A stretch of 51,152 nucleotides of DNA from an uncultured Anaerolineae bacterium (GTDB lineage: Bacteria > Chloroflexota > Anaerolineae > S016-19), in assembly GCA_964507175.1 (NCBI GenBank), contig CAZDOZ010000001.1:1-51152 (forward strand), given 5' to 3'. The notes under the pieces are model-generated. The model saw nothing but the letters and a program-made list of their open reading frames with translations, did no database searches and was not told the DNA's origin. Below, piece after piece: positions 1 through 10,955 of this stretch (position 1 is its first letter; every line of letters begins with the position of its first letter). Position numbers and translations under genes: made by a program.

Positions 1-315
1 GGGTCGCCCCGGGTAGCCCCTCCCTCGCCCACGGGCGTGGGAGAGGGAGGGGTTGGGGTAGGTGAGGGCTAAGAGCCGCTCCGTCCCAACAATTTGAGCG
101 CTACCAATTGAATTGTAAATGCGCGAAGAGCAGACTGTCCCAAGGCAGTTCACCCTTCCCTGCGGTACGAATTTTCGAGACTTTGTCAAAGTGCAAGGGG
201 TACGACTTTTCGAGATTCAACACATGCTGCACCCCCACCGACCGGATGTTGCCTTGCTCACGATGCGCCACTACTCACCACGTCCGAACTCATGCCCAAA
301 GTTCAGCGCCTCGTT

Positions 316-344
316 TTGACAAAGGCAGATGCTGCAGGTAAAAT
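316..344 (+). promoter_or_regulatory. sigma70-type promoter candidate for rplU-rpmA-rpmE
   Basis: TTGACA (316-321), 17-nt spacer, TAAAAT (339-344), about 90 nt upstream of the rplU ATG. The leader contains a TCCGG/CCGGA hairpin. Confidence 0.45.
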
Positions 345-435
345 AGCTTTCCAGAGTGAAAAACCTCCGCGTGCCGCCAGTACCAAGTTCCGGATCAGGC
401 CGGACGCGACACCGGTCAATCTCTAAGGAGAAGAA

Positions 436-750
436 ATGTACGCAGTGATAGAAACCGGAGGCAAGCAGTACAGGGTGAGCCCTGGAGAAATGCTTTTCGT
501 CGAAAAGCTCCCTCACCCTGAAGGGGCAAAAATCTCGCTAGAGCAGGTGCTGATGGTGGTGGACGACGATGGCAACATCCGGATCGGCCGGCCTACAGTC
601 GAGGGCGCGGTGGTGAAAGCCACGGTCACCAGCCATCAGAAAGGAAAGAAAGTCCTTGGATTCAAGTACCTTCCCAGAGATCGCTACCGCCGGACAATCG
701 GGCACCGCCAGATGCACACCTGGCTCCGGATAGACTCGATAGCAGGTTAG
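436..750 (+). CDS. rplU: 50S ribosomal protein L21
   Basis: N-terminus MYAVIETGGKQYRV is the canonical L21 signature. AAGGAG RBS upstream. 104 aa. Confidence 0.95.
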   Translation: MYAVIETGGKQYRVSPGEMLFVEKLPHPEGAKISLEQVLMVVDDDGNIRIGRPTVEGAVVKATVTSHQKGKKVLGFKYLPRDRYRRTIGHRQMHTWLRIDSIAG

Positions 751-762
751 GAGGAGACCAAG

Positions 763-1035
763 ATGGCACACAAAAAAGGTGGCGGCTCCAGCCGCAATGG
801 AAGGGATAGCAACTCCAAGCGCCTGGGCGTGAAGAGGTTCGACGGCCAGGCGGTGACCTCTGGAACGATCATCGTCCGACAGAAAGGTACCAAGTTCCAT
901 CCGGGCACCAATGTGGGCTTGGGTAGCGATTACACCTTGTTTTCCAAGATAGATGGGTACGTCAAATTCGAGTTCACGCCGCGTGGCAGGAGGCGCGTCA
1001 GCGTCTATCCTGAGCGGATACAACAGAAGGTGTAG
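763..1035 (+). CDS. rpmA: 50S ribosomal protein L27
   Basis: [24 protein letters not shown] is the canonical L27 N-terminus. AGGAGG RBS. Directly follows rplU. Confidence 0.95.
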   Translation: MAHKKGGGSSRNGRDSNSKRLGVKRFDGQAVTSGTIIVRQKGTKFHPGTNVGLGSDYTLFSKIDGYVKFEFTPRGRRRVSVYPERIQQKV

Positions 1036-1037
1036 AT

Positions 1038-1331
1038 ATGAAACCAAAAATCCATCCGAAGTACTACCCAAACGCGCAGGTCATCTGCGCCTGTGGCAAC
1101 ACATGGACTACGGGGGCCACAGTGCCGGTGATCCACACAGATGTCTGCTCCGCGTGTCATCCGTTCTTCACCGGTGAGCAGAGGATCGTGGACACTGCGG
1201 GGCAGGTTGACAGGTTCATGCGAAAGCTGGAGAAGAAAGAGCAGAAGATCGCAGAGATCAAAGCTCAGCGCAAGGCGCTAGAAGAGGAAGAGAAAGCAAA
1301 GCGGATCGCCAAGCGCATGGGCACAGCCTGA
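1038..1331 (+). CDS. rpmE: 50S ribosomal protein L31 (Zn-ribbon type)
   Basis: MKPKIHPKYY start, with CACG...CSACHPFFTG cysteine pairs typical of the zinc-binding L31 form. Confidence 0.92.
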   Translation: MKPKIHPKYYPNAQVICACGNTWTTGATVPVIHTDVCSACHPFFTGEQRIVDTAGQVDRFMRKLEKKEQKIAEIKAQRKALEEEEKAKRIAKRMGTA

Positions 1332-1370
1332 AATAACAAGGACCATCCGCATTCCATCGTCGACCACAAG

Positions 1371-1399
1371 GGGCAGACAAAATGAGTCTGCCCTTTTTT
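1371..1399 (+). terminator. rho-independent terminator after rpmE
   Basis: GGGCAGAC (1371-1378), 7-nt loop, GTCTGCCC (1386-1393), then TTTTTT (1394-1399). Confidence 0.7.
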
Positions 1400-1428
1400 A
1401 CACCATGAAACTCCGGAGGAAGTGAAAG

Positions 1429-2040
1429 GTGTCCTCTCAACACAACGGCCACATAGAAGTGATTTGCGGCAGCATGTTCAGCGGCAAGACGGAAGAATTG
1501 ATCCGCCGGGTACGGCGCGCAGTCATCGCGAAACAGAAAGTGCAGGTTTTCAAGCCGTCCATCGACGATAGATACCATCCTACCAACCTGGCTTCACACA
1601 ACGGTATGCTCCAGGAAGCCGTGGCAGTTTCCTCCGCCATGGACCTCCTTAGAAAGGTGGATCCGGATACCGATGTAGTTGCCATAGACGAAGTGCAATT
1701 TTTCGAACAGGAGATAGTAGCTGTTTGCAACCACCTGGCAGACCATGGAAAGCGGGTCATATGCGCCGGGTTGGACATGGATTTCCGCGGCGAGCCTTTT
1801 GGGCCGATGCCGACGCTCATGGCCCAGGCGGAAAAAGTAGACAAGCTCCATGCCATCTGCGTGGTGTGCGGTGGAGAGGCGAGTCGTACCCAGCGTCTGA
1901 TAGACGGCCGCCCGGCGAAATACACCGATCCGGTGGTAGCCGTCGGCGCTAATGAGATGTACGAAGCCCGATGTCGCCGCTGTCATGTGGTGCCCGGGAA
2001 GCCGGACTTTTCAGTAGAGCCGAATTTGTTTACAAAGTGA
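1429..2040 (+). CDS. tdk: thymidine kinase
   Basis: GTG start with GGAGGA RBS. P-loop [12 protein letters not shown]-terminal zinc-ribbon cysteines CVVCG...CRRCH. Length is typical for type II TK. Confidence 0.9.
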   Translation: MSSQHNGHIEVICGSMFSGKTEELIRRVRRAVIAKQKVQVFKPSIDDRYHPTNLASHNGMLQEAVAVSSAMDLLRKVDPDTDVVAIDEVQFFEQEIVAVCNHLADHGKRVICAGLDMDFRGEPFGPMPTLMAQAEKVDKLHAICVVCGGEASRTQRLIDGRPAKYTDPVVAVGANEMYEARCRRCHVVPGKPDFSVEPNLFTK

Positions 2041-2308
2041 ACTGGTGGTGTGCCATGTTCCGACTTGTGGCATGTCCCTTCCCACGGAAGCAGGACACGG
2101 ACAACATGGACAGATACCCGCAGACTAACGTAGATAAGAGGAAAATCTGAAAAAAGCCGGCGCCTATCTGCGCCCGTCACCCTATCCGGCGGGCATTAGC
2201 CCGACCTACAGAATATCGAGCAGGGCGTTTGGCGCTTCTGCTCCCCAGACACACTCGACCGTAAGCCTGAAAACCCAGCGTAATTCGTAGCCCATTCTCG
2301 GAGCAGAA

Positions 2309-3841
2309 ATGTTAGCCAAAGTTCACACATGTGCAGTGGTCGGCCTCGACGGCCAGATCGTAGACGTGGAAGTGGATCACAACCCAAACGGAATGCCTGG
2401 GATATCCGTAGTGGGGCTCCCAGACGCAGCGGTACGCGAGGCAACTTTCCGGGTCAACTCCGCGGTGAAAAACAGCCACTTTAAATTTCCTTTTGGCAGG
2501 CTGACCATCAACCTGGCGCCAGCCGACCTCCGGAAAGAGGGCCCCGGATACGACCTGCCCATGGCAATCGGCACCCTGGCAGCTTCGGGGCAGTCGACAC
2601 CGCCGACAGATGAATCCCTGGTCATCGGCGAGCTTTCCCTTGACGGACATGTGCGTCATGTCAACGGCATCCTCTCTGCGGCATTCAGCGCCAGGGAAGA
2701 GGGGAAGAGAGTTCTTTTCGTACCCGCTGAGGATGCGGCAGAGGCCGCCCTGCTCCCCGAATTGACCGTCTACCCTGTGAAGTCGCTGCAGGAACTGGCC
2801 GCTCACCTCAACGGAGGGAATCGCATCCACCCGTATGTCCTTTCGCCCCTGGACGAGGGAACCTTGCGCACGGCCCCGTATCCCGTGGATCTCTCCGACA
2901 TCAAAGGCCAGGAGAACGCAAAACGTGCCCTGGAAGTGGCAGCAGCCGGATCTCACAACGTCTTGATGGTCGGCTCGCCCGGCGTCGGGAAGACAATGCT
3001 GGCGAGAGCACTCCCTTCGATCCTACCGCCCCTGACCCTGGAAGAGGCGCTGGATGTCACGCGAATTTATAGCGTCAAGGGGATGCTTCCCCCTCACACA
3101 CCGTTGATCCGAGAGCGGCCGTTTCGAGCACCTCACCATACCATCTCATACGCTGGTCTGGTCGGTGGCGGAAGGTGGCCGAAGCCTGGGGAGATATCAC
3201 TGGCTCACCTGGGCGTACTCTTCCTGGACGAGCTTCCGGAGTTCGGAAATCGGATGCTGGAGATGCTCCGCCAGCCGCTGGAGGACCGGATCGTCACCCT
3301 GAGCCGTGCCCAGGGCACCCTCACTTTTCCTGCGAATTTCATGCTGGTTGGGGCGATGAACCCATGCCCGTGCGGCTACTACGGAGACCCGACGCACCAA
3401 TGCACCTGCTCTCTGGCAGCCATCCGGCGCTACCAGGGACGATTGAGCGGCCCGTTTCTGGACAGGATAGACATCTACCTGACAGTGCCAAGGGTGGACT
3501 ACAAGAAACTGAGCGGCACGGCCAGCGGGGAACCGTCGCAGGTGGTGCGGAAGCGGGTCATGGAGGCCAGGGAGCGGCAGTTGAGGCGCTTCTCCGATAT
3601 CCCCGGCGTGAACACCAATGCGGATATGAGACCGCGGCATATCCAGCGGTTCTGTCGCCTGAATCGAGAGTCACAGGCGCTTCTGGAAGCGGCGGTGCGC
3701 CAGCTTGGATTCAGCGCCAGGGCTTATCATCGGATACTGAAGCTGGCACGCACTATCGCCGATCTGGACGGGAGTGAGGACATACACACCACGCACCTGG
3801 CGGAAGCGGTGCAGTACCGGAGGAAGCCGTTTATCGTGTAA
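2309..3841 (+). CDS. comM: YifB/ComM family Mg-chelatase-like AAA+ ATPase
   Basis: N-terminal Lon-protease-like domain (LAPADLRKEG), Walker A GSPGVGKTMLA, zinc-like CPCGYYGDPTHQCTC motif, ~510 aa as in ComM/YifB. Confidence 0.9.
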   Translation: MLAKVHTCAVVGLDGQIVDVEVDHNPNGMPGISVVGLPDAAVREATFRVNSAVKNSHFKFPFGRLTINLAPADLRKEGPGYDLPMAIGTLAASGQSTPPTDESLVIGELSLDGHVRHVNGILSAAFSAREEGKRVLFVPAEDAAEAALLPELTVYPVKSLQELAAHLNGGNRIHPYVLSPLDEGTLRTAPYPVDLSDIKGQENAKRALEVAAAGSHNVLMVGSPGVGKTMLARALPSILPPLTLEEALDVTRIYSVKGMLPPHTPLIRERPFRAPHHTISYAGLVGGGRWPKPGEISLAHLGVLFLDELPEFGNRMLEMLRQPLEDRIVTLSRAQGTLTFPANFMLVGAMNPCPCGYYGDPTHQCTCSLAAIRRYQGRLSGPFLDRIDIYLTVPRVDYKKLSGTASGEPSQVVRKRVMEARERQLRRFSDIPGVNTNADMRPRHIQRFCRLNRESQALLEAAVRQLGFSARAYHRILKLARTIADLDGSEDIHTTHLAEAVQYRRKPFIV

Positions 3842-3972
3842 GCGTCCTGGAGCAGCGCTGGCAAAGTGGTGCAATAGGGTGATCCGGGGGCTAGTTCCAC
3901 GGGGTTAACCTGGCACCTCACGGCAGGCAGAAAAGGACTGGGGCATCTTGTGATAGTCTCGGAGCAGTAACT

Positions 3973-6900
3973 ATGAGATACTTTCTGGGCTGGTGGTACT
4001 TACTTGGGCTTCTCATGGCCATCATCGGCATCCTGATCGCGTACTCGGAGCACGAGAGCGGGCCTTTCCGCACCCTCGTCACAGTTTCTCTGGCAGGGGC
4101 AGGGATATGGCTGTTCAGCCGAACAGTGGGAGTGTACGTCAGAGACTATGAGACAGTGTTTATGTGGCGGGTCCTCGCCTACACAGTAGCAATTTTCTCT
4201 CCCCTGGCCATCGGAGGGATGTGCATATTCGCGGGCGGGGGGATATCTCAACTCCCTCGCAAATACATCGTTCCGTCCGTCGCTTTGTGGTCAGTGGGGG
4301 TTCCCGCCTTTTTGTACGGCCTGATCAGCGGGAAAATCATAATATGGGTGAAGCTCTACCCATACGGTATGGCGGACGTCTACGGGCCCTGGCACAGGGC
4401 ATTCGATATGTGGCTGATCGCTTCCGCGCTAGTTGCTCTGGCAATTCTATGGGGCACATGGAAGGGAACGCCCAGAAAAACCCCATTTGCCAAAGGTACA
4501 GCTGTGCTGGGGCTGTCCATACTCATACCTCTGCTATCCGGCCTGATCCCTATTCTTGCGCCGTCTGCGGCTGTCTGGTCGGCAATCTCGCCGGTTTCCA
4601 TATCCATAGTGTTTTCATTCCTCCTAATCTTTGCCGGTCTGTGGATGCTCAGGCCCCCCGTTCTCCCCTATTCTCTGGCATCGGAAGCGCTATCCCATCT
4701 CTCCGGATTGACCGTGCTCATGATCGGGCTCGACGGGCGCATAGTCTGGACAAGCCGAAAACACGCTCCGGGCAAAGCCCCACGTCTGGTGGGGATCAAC
4801 ATCTCCGAACTGCCGGAGGTGATAGGGGTGAAAGCCCCTCCCAAATGGAAAAATCTGTGGCAAGACCCGGCCGGCAGTGTGTCCACAGAATTGACCTCCC
4901 CGGGAAGCGACAAAGCGTTCTCCGTGCACACGGCACCCATGAGGGATTCTCGATGGAAGCCATATGCGCGCCTGATAGTCATACAGGAGATAACCGCTTA
5001 CAAAGAGGCGATGGAGAGTCTCTCCAAGCGATCTCAGGCACTGCAGGATTTGGCTGAGATAGGCCGGGAGATGTATGTCGTAAACGAAGGCCTGAATGAC
5101 CTGCTCAGCCTGATTCTAAAGCGCACCAAGCGCATCTTCAAAGCGGACTATAGCACCTTGTATCTCTTCGACTCTGAGAAAAACTCTCTGAGAGCTTTCC
5201 CTGCCATAGGGGAAGACTCGGGGGGAGAAGAGATATTCCTGAATGCGTTCCAAAACAGAGAAGGGAAAGGGGCCCTGGAAAAGATAACGCTAGAACGACA
5301 ACCTCTATTGCTGAAAGACTATCAGACATGGCCCGGGCGCCGTGACGATGAGGACACAAGGCACTTACGGGCAGTCATGGGGGTCCCCCTGACCTATCAA
5401 GGCAATTTTCTGGGCATTTTGAGCCTGAGCTCTCGTACCCCCGGCAAATTCGACTACGACGATCTCGAGCTTTTGGAGCTATTCTCCCACCAGGCGGCTG
5501 CTGCAATCCGCAACGTCTACCTGTATCGCGAGATGAAACAGTCCGAGCAAGAGATAAAGCAGATCCTGGACAATGCCTCCGATGCAATCTGCCTGCTGGA
5601 TTCCGATCTCAGAATCCTGGAAGCGAACAAAGAAGCGGAAAGTCTGTTCGGACGCACGCAGGAAGAACTCTATGGGAAAACATACTGTGAGTTTCTGACT
5701 CCTGAATCACGCGAGTCTGCATCGTCTGCCTGTGAAAATTTGGCAAGGAGAGAAGCCGTCCGTTGGAAAGTGTTGGAGGTGGCTCGCCCTGATGGAAGCC
5801 AGGCTGTGGTGGAACTGAATGCCTCCATGCTGAGCGATAATCGGGTGATAGCGGTCTTCAGGGACATCTCCGGGAGGCTGAAAGCGGAGGAGTCGATCCG
5901 GAGGCGAGAGGAAGAGCTAAGGGCGCTCCACAAAGTGGCATTGGAGATATCGAAGCCACGCCCCCTGAAAGAGATGATCCCCCTCATCGTCCGCAAGGGC
6001 GTGGAGATGGTGGGTGGCCAGGGAGGCGGACTTTACCTTCTGGATGAAGAGAAACAATTGTTGCGCCTGCAGTACGTCCTCGACCCCTTAGGAAGGGAGC
6101 TGGCCCACCGCGACCTTCCGATAAGCGAAGGCATCTCTGGAAAGGTGGCGAGGTCGGGCAAGGTTTCCTTCGTAAACAATTACGACAAGTGGGAAGGACG
6201 ATCGGAAATCTGGAAAGACGTATATTTCTCCTCTATAATCGCCGTTCCCCTCATCTGGGAGGGAAAAGTCATAGGGGTGCAGACAGTAGCAGGGGAAGCG
6301 AAAGAAAAACCTTTCAACGAAGAGGATGCCCACCTGCTCTCCCTGTTCGCCCAGTACGTGGCAACAGTCATAGTGCGTCAGCGGACTGTCGAGAGGATGG
6401 AGGCTAACCAGCGCAAGCTGAACCTTCTTTATCGGATGTCGAAACTCCTCTCTGAGTCTTTGGACATGGACGAAGTACTGGCAGTTGCATTGGATCAGAC
6501 TATGTCGGCTGTCCGCGCCGACGCAGGGGTCGTGTGGATGAGCCAGACAAAAGATGGAAAACAAATCCTGGTGCCTACCCTTATAAAAGGCGTACCGGAG
6601 AAATGGTATGAGTCCCTTCACTTTGCTCCTGGGGAAGGCACTATTGGAAGTGCATTTACGAGCGGAAAGCCGCTCTACGTAAGAGATGTCATGAACTCGC
6701 CCTTCTGGAGGGAGAAAAACTTCCAGGGAGTCGTAGGGGACGCTATCGCCTTCCCCCTCCTGAGCCATGGAGAGGCAAAAGGCGTACTGGAAGTGTACAA
6801 TCTGGCGGGGAATGAAAATTTCCCGGAACAGGATACGAAACTGCTCTCCGCTCTCCAGGGTTTGCTCGAGGCCGCTTTTACCAACGCATATCTCCACCAG

Positions 6901-7086
6901 CAGACACAAAGCCTCCTGAGTAAACTGGAAGCAGAAGTAGAAGAACGCACCAAGGAGCTAAAAAAGAAACAGGCAGAGTTGAAGCGCCTGAGCTACCTCA
7001 TGATGGGCAGAGAGGCAAGAATGATGGAGTTGAAAACAGAGATACGGAAATTGCGACTTCAGGTGAGGGACGATGAAAGAGAATGA
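3973..7086 (+). CDS. polytopic membrane sensor protein with PAS and multiple GAF domains and a C-terminal coiled coil; no recognisable output domain
   Basis: About 230 aa of hydrophobic helices at the N-terminus. One PAS-like segment ([25 protein letters not shown]). Several GAF-like blocks (for example ..[18 protein letters not shown].., ..[16 protein letters not shown].., ..[18 protein letters not shown]..). Ends in a heptad-rich helix with no H-box or ATPase motifs. Confidence 0.8.
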   Translation: MRYFLGWWYLLGLLMAIIGILIAYSEHESGPFRTLVTVSLAGAGIWLFSRTVGVYVRDYETVFMWRVLAYTVAIFSPLAIGGMCIFAGGGISQLPRKYIVPSVALWSVGVPAFLYGLISGKIIIWVKLYPYGMADVYGPWHRAFDMWLIASALVALAILWGTWKGTPRKTPFAKGTAVLGLSILIPLLSGLIPILAPSAAVWSAISPVSISIVFSFLLIFAGLWMLRPPVLPYSLASEALSHLSGLTVLMIGLDGRIVWTSRKHAPGKAPRLVGINISELPEVIGVKAPPKWKNLWQDPAGSVSTELTSPGSDKAFSVHTAPMRDSRWKPYARLIVIQEITAYKEAMESLSKRSQALQDLAEIGREMYVVNEGLNDLLSLILKRTKRIFKADYSTLYLFDSEKNSLRAFPAIGEDSGGEEIFLNAFQNREGKGALEKITLERQPLLLKDYQTWPGRRDDEDTRHLRAVMGVPLTYQGNFLGILSLSSRTPGKFDYDDLELLELFSHQAAAAIRNVYLYREMKQSEQEIKQILDNASDAICLLDSDLRILEANKEAESLFGRTQEELYGKTYCEFLTPESRESASSACENLARREAVRWKVLEVARPDGSQAVVELNASMLSDNRVIAVFRDISGRLKAEESIRRREEELRALHKVALEISKPRPLKEMIPLIVRKGVEMVGGQGGGLYLLDEEKQLLRLQYVLDPLGRELAHRDLPISEGISGKVARSGKVSFVNNYDKWEGRSEIWKDVYFSSIIAVPLIWEGKVIGVQTVAGEAKEKPFNEEDAHLLSLFAQYVATVIVRQRTVERMEANQRKLNLLYRMSKLLSESLDMDEVLAVALDQTMSAVRADAGVVWMSQTKDGKQILVPTLIKGVPEKWYESLHFAPGEGTIGSAFTSGKPLYVRDVMNSPFWREKNFQGVVGDAIAFPLLSHGEAKGVLEVYNLAGNENFPEQDTKLLSALQGLLEAAFTNAYLHQQTQSLLSKLEAEVEERTKELKKKQAELKRLSYLMMGREARMMELKTEIRKLRLQVRDDERE

Positions 7087-10000
7087 GGGCTTCCCGGCGT
7101 CACACGAAAAATTCCTGGAATCCTTTGTGTCTCGAATGGCAGGGCGTTGGGAAAGATATCTCTACGCCCCGGTATTGACCAGAGATCTGGTCAGGGAAAA
7201 GAACTGGAGAGGTCTGGTATGGGCGTCCGGAGTGTGGCTGGGCGCCCTGTTGCTTTCCATCCTGGGATGGCGGCTGATTCCCAATCATGCCGCCATCCCC
7301 CTGTGGGACGGACAGCGCTTGATAATTCCCATGGATGTCGGCAGTGTTCTGGTTGTCCTGATGGAGATATGGTTTGGATGCTCGTGGGGATCATTCCTGG
7401 CTGTTTTCTACATCCTGGTGATAGGCCTCTCCGCTCACCTGCCCCCGGTCACGATATTGTTCACAATGGCAAGTTGGACAGTGGGTATTGGTCTGATAGC
7501 CGTATCATACCGGATCGTCCCACAAGAAACTGCCATGCGGACCAAAGGTGCCAAAGCCTCTTTCCTGGTTTATGGGACGTTAGCTGCACTTTTCATGGAA
7601 GCGCCGTCCCTTTTCGCCCCCGGTTTGCCCCCATCGGAATGGGAGACGCGATGGGTTGGCAGGACTGTATGGCTTGTGTCACTAGGCGCTTTGGCCCTGT
7701 ATTTCCTTACCCCGACTGTCGTGGGTATGAAAGAGAAATTCCTCGGCAAGCGCCTGGTAATCGCCGCGCGGACTGGACCTAGGAATAACATAAGCATAGG
7801 AATAGCCATTCTGGCATTGTACGGGGTACTCTTTGCAGTGTGGTTCCATTTCATTTACCCTGGATCGGTAAAATGGGAACTCAAAGCATGGGTGCTGTTG
7901 CTCCTGGTGTCCGTCTCTTTTCTCGTCTTTCTGGAGCTTCTCGTCAGGTCTTTTATCCAGGCAGGTGCCGACTATGCAGACCGATTGGAGATAGAGAAGG
8001 AGGAATTACAAAGCCTTAACGCAGTTCAGGAAGGCATGGTAGGCGCTGCTCAGTCTGAGACAATATCCGAAGCCCTCCACAGGATGAGCAAAAGCCTTGA
8101 GAAAATATTGAAGGTCTACTTCATGGCGGCGTTTGCGTACTCCCCTGAATCGGCATCCTGGAAAGTGGCGGCAGCAGATTTCAAAGAGGGTATCACCCCA
8201 CCGGAAATCAAAAAACTTATCGCAAGTTCGGACAAATTTCCAACAGGGGCTGCCTCCAGGCTCCTGAGGCGAATCTGTAAGGAACATAGAGTTCTCCTGC
8301 TGTCAGCTGATAAGCTTCTGGAAATGTACCCACCCATACCTCGCAGCATAACCTTGCCTGGCATATACTACGCTGTGTTGCCGTTGGCCATAGGCAACCG
8401 ATGTAGCGGCGTGCTCGTCGTGGGGATGGAGAGAGAAGACCTGTCAGGGTTGGAAAGCCAATTCTTGGAAGCTTTTGCCTTCGAGGCAGCCTCGGTATTA
8501 GAGAGAGCGAAGTTACAGCAGAAAACATCGGAACAACTTCGGGAACGTACCGCCATCTACCGGGTTGCCGAAGCCACCGCTGGCATCCTCGATCCGACAC
8601 CGCTTATGGAGCGGGGTTTGAGAGCAGTGCATGACGCCCTGGGAGTGGAAGTCCTTGTTTGCTACGAACTCTCTCAGAATATCCTGATACCGCGTACTGT
8701 CTTGGGAGCGAGTGAAAGCGACCAGAAGCTTCTGCTCTCCCACCCAATAGCCTTACCCGAAAGCATGAAAACGGGTAATCGGGTCGTCATCGCCAGGGAC
8801 GCCCCACCTGGCTCTCCTTATCATATTCCCGGAGCGAAAGCGACTGCCATGGTTGCTCTAAAAGCCAGAAACAGGATCATGGGGGTGGTGAAACTCGGTT
8901 CACTGAGTGAGGACGTCCCCCTGGAACAAGATAGGGACCTGATCCGGACCATATTCACGCAACTTTCGCTGGCCCTGAACAACGCTCTTCTGCATCAGAA
9001 ATTGCGCCAGGAGCTAAAAGTAAAGAATTTACTCCAGGAACTTTCTGTCGAGATGAATAGCGTACTCGTAGACCCAGAGGCAATGGAAAGAGCAATGTCC
9101 GTGGCAGTAAGCGTGACGGACAGCCTCGGGGGATGCCTTCTGGCTTACGACCAGGAGACCAAGTCGTTCAGACACCGGGCATCGAGTGGCCTGACGCCCG
9201 ATGAATGTCAGGGAACACTGGCGTTTTACATGTCTAGAGCTACAAAGGATCAAGGGGGTATCCAACTGGCGGAACCTCCCAGGGAACTCTCTTCACATTC
9301 CAATCCTGGCACACACGGGAGAGGTCGTGCTGTTCTCATTCCATTGAGCGTGGGAAATACCCTGGAAGGTGGGCTTGCGCTGGTGCAAGCGCCTGATTCC
9401 GCCAATATCCCCCCTGAGGAAGAAGATCTGCTGAAAACAGTGGCACGTCACCTGGCATTAGGCCTCGGACAAGAGACTCTGTATAGGGAGGTGCAGCGCA
9501 AATTGGAGGAGTCAGAGGCCCTATACAACGTGGCGCAGAAAATATCGAGATTTTTGGAACTCGAACTTACCCTCCAGGAAGTGGCAAACCAGGCCACACG
9601 CCTGGCCGGGACGTCCCGGAGCATCCTAACGCTGATAGGCGAGCCAGACGAGGACTCGGTCGTCCTCTTCGCACACGGGTACAATCCAGGAGAGGTGCCA
9701 AGGACCCTGGGGATGCACATGCTCGAAGGCACCCTTAGCTGGCGTGTGATGCAGAGCAGGAATTCTGTATTCATTCGGAGGTACGTAAGAAACGGCGGGG
9801 GACGCATCTCGGTGGCTACAGAGAGCGGACCAGAACCCGAAACGATGGCGGTGGTGCCAATCATCGTGCAGGACCGGCTCTTGGGAACCCTGGGGGTAAC
9901 CACTGCTGTGGGGGAGGAGCCGCTGAGCGCCGGGACTGTGCGGCTGGTGGAAAGAATGGCTTCCCTGGCAGCAGTCGCAATCCGCAATTCGGAACTCTAT

Positions 10001-10894
10001 CAGAGGGCAAAAAAATACGGCCTCGAGATGGAGCGGTTGGTCGAGGAGAAAACAAGGGATGTGCAGTACAAACAGCGCGAGATCGAAATGGCCAATATGG
10101 CTCTGCAGAACATACTGGATGATCTCCAGACCACTCACATAACTCTGAAAAGGCAGGCAGAAGAGCTAAGGGCTGCCAAGGAGAAAGCAGAGGAATCGGA
10201 CCAGCTGAAAACGGCGTTCCTTTCCACCGTTACACATGAACTCAGGTCGCCTCTGGCTGCTATCAAGGGGTTCGCTTCTACGCTATTGCAGCCAAACATC
10301 GACTGGTCTCCGGAGAAAGAGCGCCATTTTCTGGAAATAATCGAGGAGTCGGCCGACCATCTGAACCTGCTTATCAATCAGGTTCTGGACATGGCGGGCA
10401 TCGAAGCCGGGACGTTGAAAGTCTACCCGCGGCCAAGCTCTGTCAGGGAGATCATGATGGGGGTGGAAAAGAGATTGCGCCTGATCTGCAGAGATCATTC
10501 GCTGGTCATGGAAGTGCCAGAGAAAACGATTCCAGTTGTTGCAGACCCCAGCCGCGTTGGGAATGTGCTGATGAATCTGGTGGACAACGCCGTCAAATAT
10601 TCCCACAAGGGAAGCAGAATCGTCCTGGAGGTCGAGAAAAACGAGGAAGAAGCAATCTTCTCCGTTACCGACGAGGGTCCGGGCATCCCCGAAAAGTATC
10701 GAGACCAAATTTTCGAGCGGTTCTTCCGGATACCGGGGCCGGTGACCGGCCCCAGACAGGGTACCGGTCTGGGTCTCTCCATCGCCAAAGGGATTGTGGA
10801 AGCTCATGGAGGCAAGATATGGGTGGAGAGCGAGAACGGAAAAGGAAGCAAGTTCAGTTTCTCCTTGCCCCTGTATGTGCCCCGAGGAGCATAG
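7073..10894 (+). CDS. polytopic membrane multi-GAF sensor histidine kinase
   Basis: ATG overlaps the preceding stop by 14 nt. N-terminal multi-TM domain and repeated GAF-like blocks. H-box [12 protein letters not shown]-box [11 protein letters not shown]1 DEGPGI, G2 GTGLGLSI. Confidence 0.88.
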   Translation: MKENEGFPASHEKFLESFVSRMAGRWERYLYAPVLTRDLVREKNWRGLVWASGVWLGALLLSILGWRLIPNHAAIPLWDGQRLIIPMDVGSVLVVLMEIWFGCSWGSFLAVFYILVIGLSAHLPPVTILFTMASWTVGIGLIAVSYRIVPQETAMRTKGAKASFLVYGTLAALFMEAPSLFAPGLPPSEWETRWVGRTVWLVSLGALALYFLTPTVVGMKEKFLGKRLVIAARTGPRNNISIGIAILALYGVLFAVWFHFIYPGSVKWELKAWVLLLLVSVSFLVFLELLVRSFIQAGADYADRLEIEKEELQSLNAVQEGMVGAAQSETISEALHRMSKSLEKILKVYFMAAFAYSPESASWKVAAADFKEGITPPEIKKLIASSDKFPTGAASRLLRRICKEHRVLLLSADKLLEMYPPIPRSITLPGIYYAVLPLAIGNRCSGVLVVGMEREDLSGLESQFLEAFAFEAASVLERAKLQQKTSEQLRERTAIYRVAEATAGILDPTPLMERGLRAVHDALGVEVLVCYELSQNILIPRTVLGASESDQKLLLSHPIALPESMKTGNRVVIARDAPPGSPYHIPGAKATAMVALKARNRIMGVVKLGSLSEDVPLEQDRDLIRTIFTQLSLALNNALLHQKLRQELKVKNLLQELSVEMNSVLVDPEAMERAMSVAVSVTDSLGGCLLAYDQETKSFRHRASSGLTPDECQGTLAFYMSRATKDQGGIQLAEPPRELSSHSNPGTHGRGRAVLIPLSVGNTLEGGLALVQAPDSANIPPEEEDLLKTVARHLALGLGQETLYREVQRKLEESEALYNVAQKISRFLELELTLQEVANQATRLAGTSRSILTLIGEPDEDSVVLFAHGYNPGEVPRTLGMHMLEGTLSWRVMQSRNSVFIRRYVRNGGGRISVATESGPEPETMAVVPIIVQDRLLGTLGVTTAVGEEPLSAGTVRLVERMASLAAVAIRNSELYQRAKKYGLEMERLVEEKTRDVQYKQREIEMANMALQNILDDLQTTHITLKRQAEELRAAKEKAEESDQLKTAFLSTVTHELRSPLAAIKGFASTLLQPNIDWSPEKERHFLEIIEESADHLNLLINQVLDMAGIEAGTLKVYPRPSSVREIMMGVEKRLRLICRDHSLVMEVPEKTIPVVADPSRVGNVLMNLVDNAVKYSHKGSRIVLEVEKNEEEAIFSVTDEGPGIPEKYRDQIFERFFRIPGPVTGPRQGTGLGLSIAKGIVEAHGGKIWVESENGKGSKFSFSLPLYVPRGA

Positions 10895-10955
10895 CAGTGG
10901 GCTCCTGCCTTTGGATGAACTCTCTGGACTTCGGGCACTCCCGGTGCCGGACAGT

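Noticed and set aside
17-68. GC-rich 16-17-bp hairpin (CCCCTCCCTC..CCCACG-GG-CGTGGG..GAGGGAGGGG), followed by G-runs that could form a G-quadruplex, at the left window edge.
   Set aside because: It has no T-tract and occurs once in the window, and the upstream context is cut off. It could be a terminator or a REP-like element of the preceding gene, but it cannot be evaluated here.
3907-3926. TGGCAC motif upstream of the first sensor gene, as a possible sigma54 -24 element.
   Set aside because: The downstream GC of a -12 element is one position out of register (GG-N9-GC instead of GG-N10-GC), and there is no TTGC.
10794-10955. Upstream part of the 584-aa ORF (10794..12548), which overlaps the 3' end of the histidine kinase gene by about 100 nt.
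   Set aside because: The overlapping segment ([18 protein letters not shown]...) is an alternate frame of the HATPase domain and has no family signature. Conserved DUF2723 sequence begins well downstream, so I moved the start to 10956 (or 11016).
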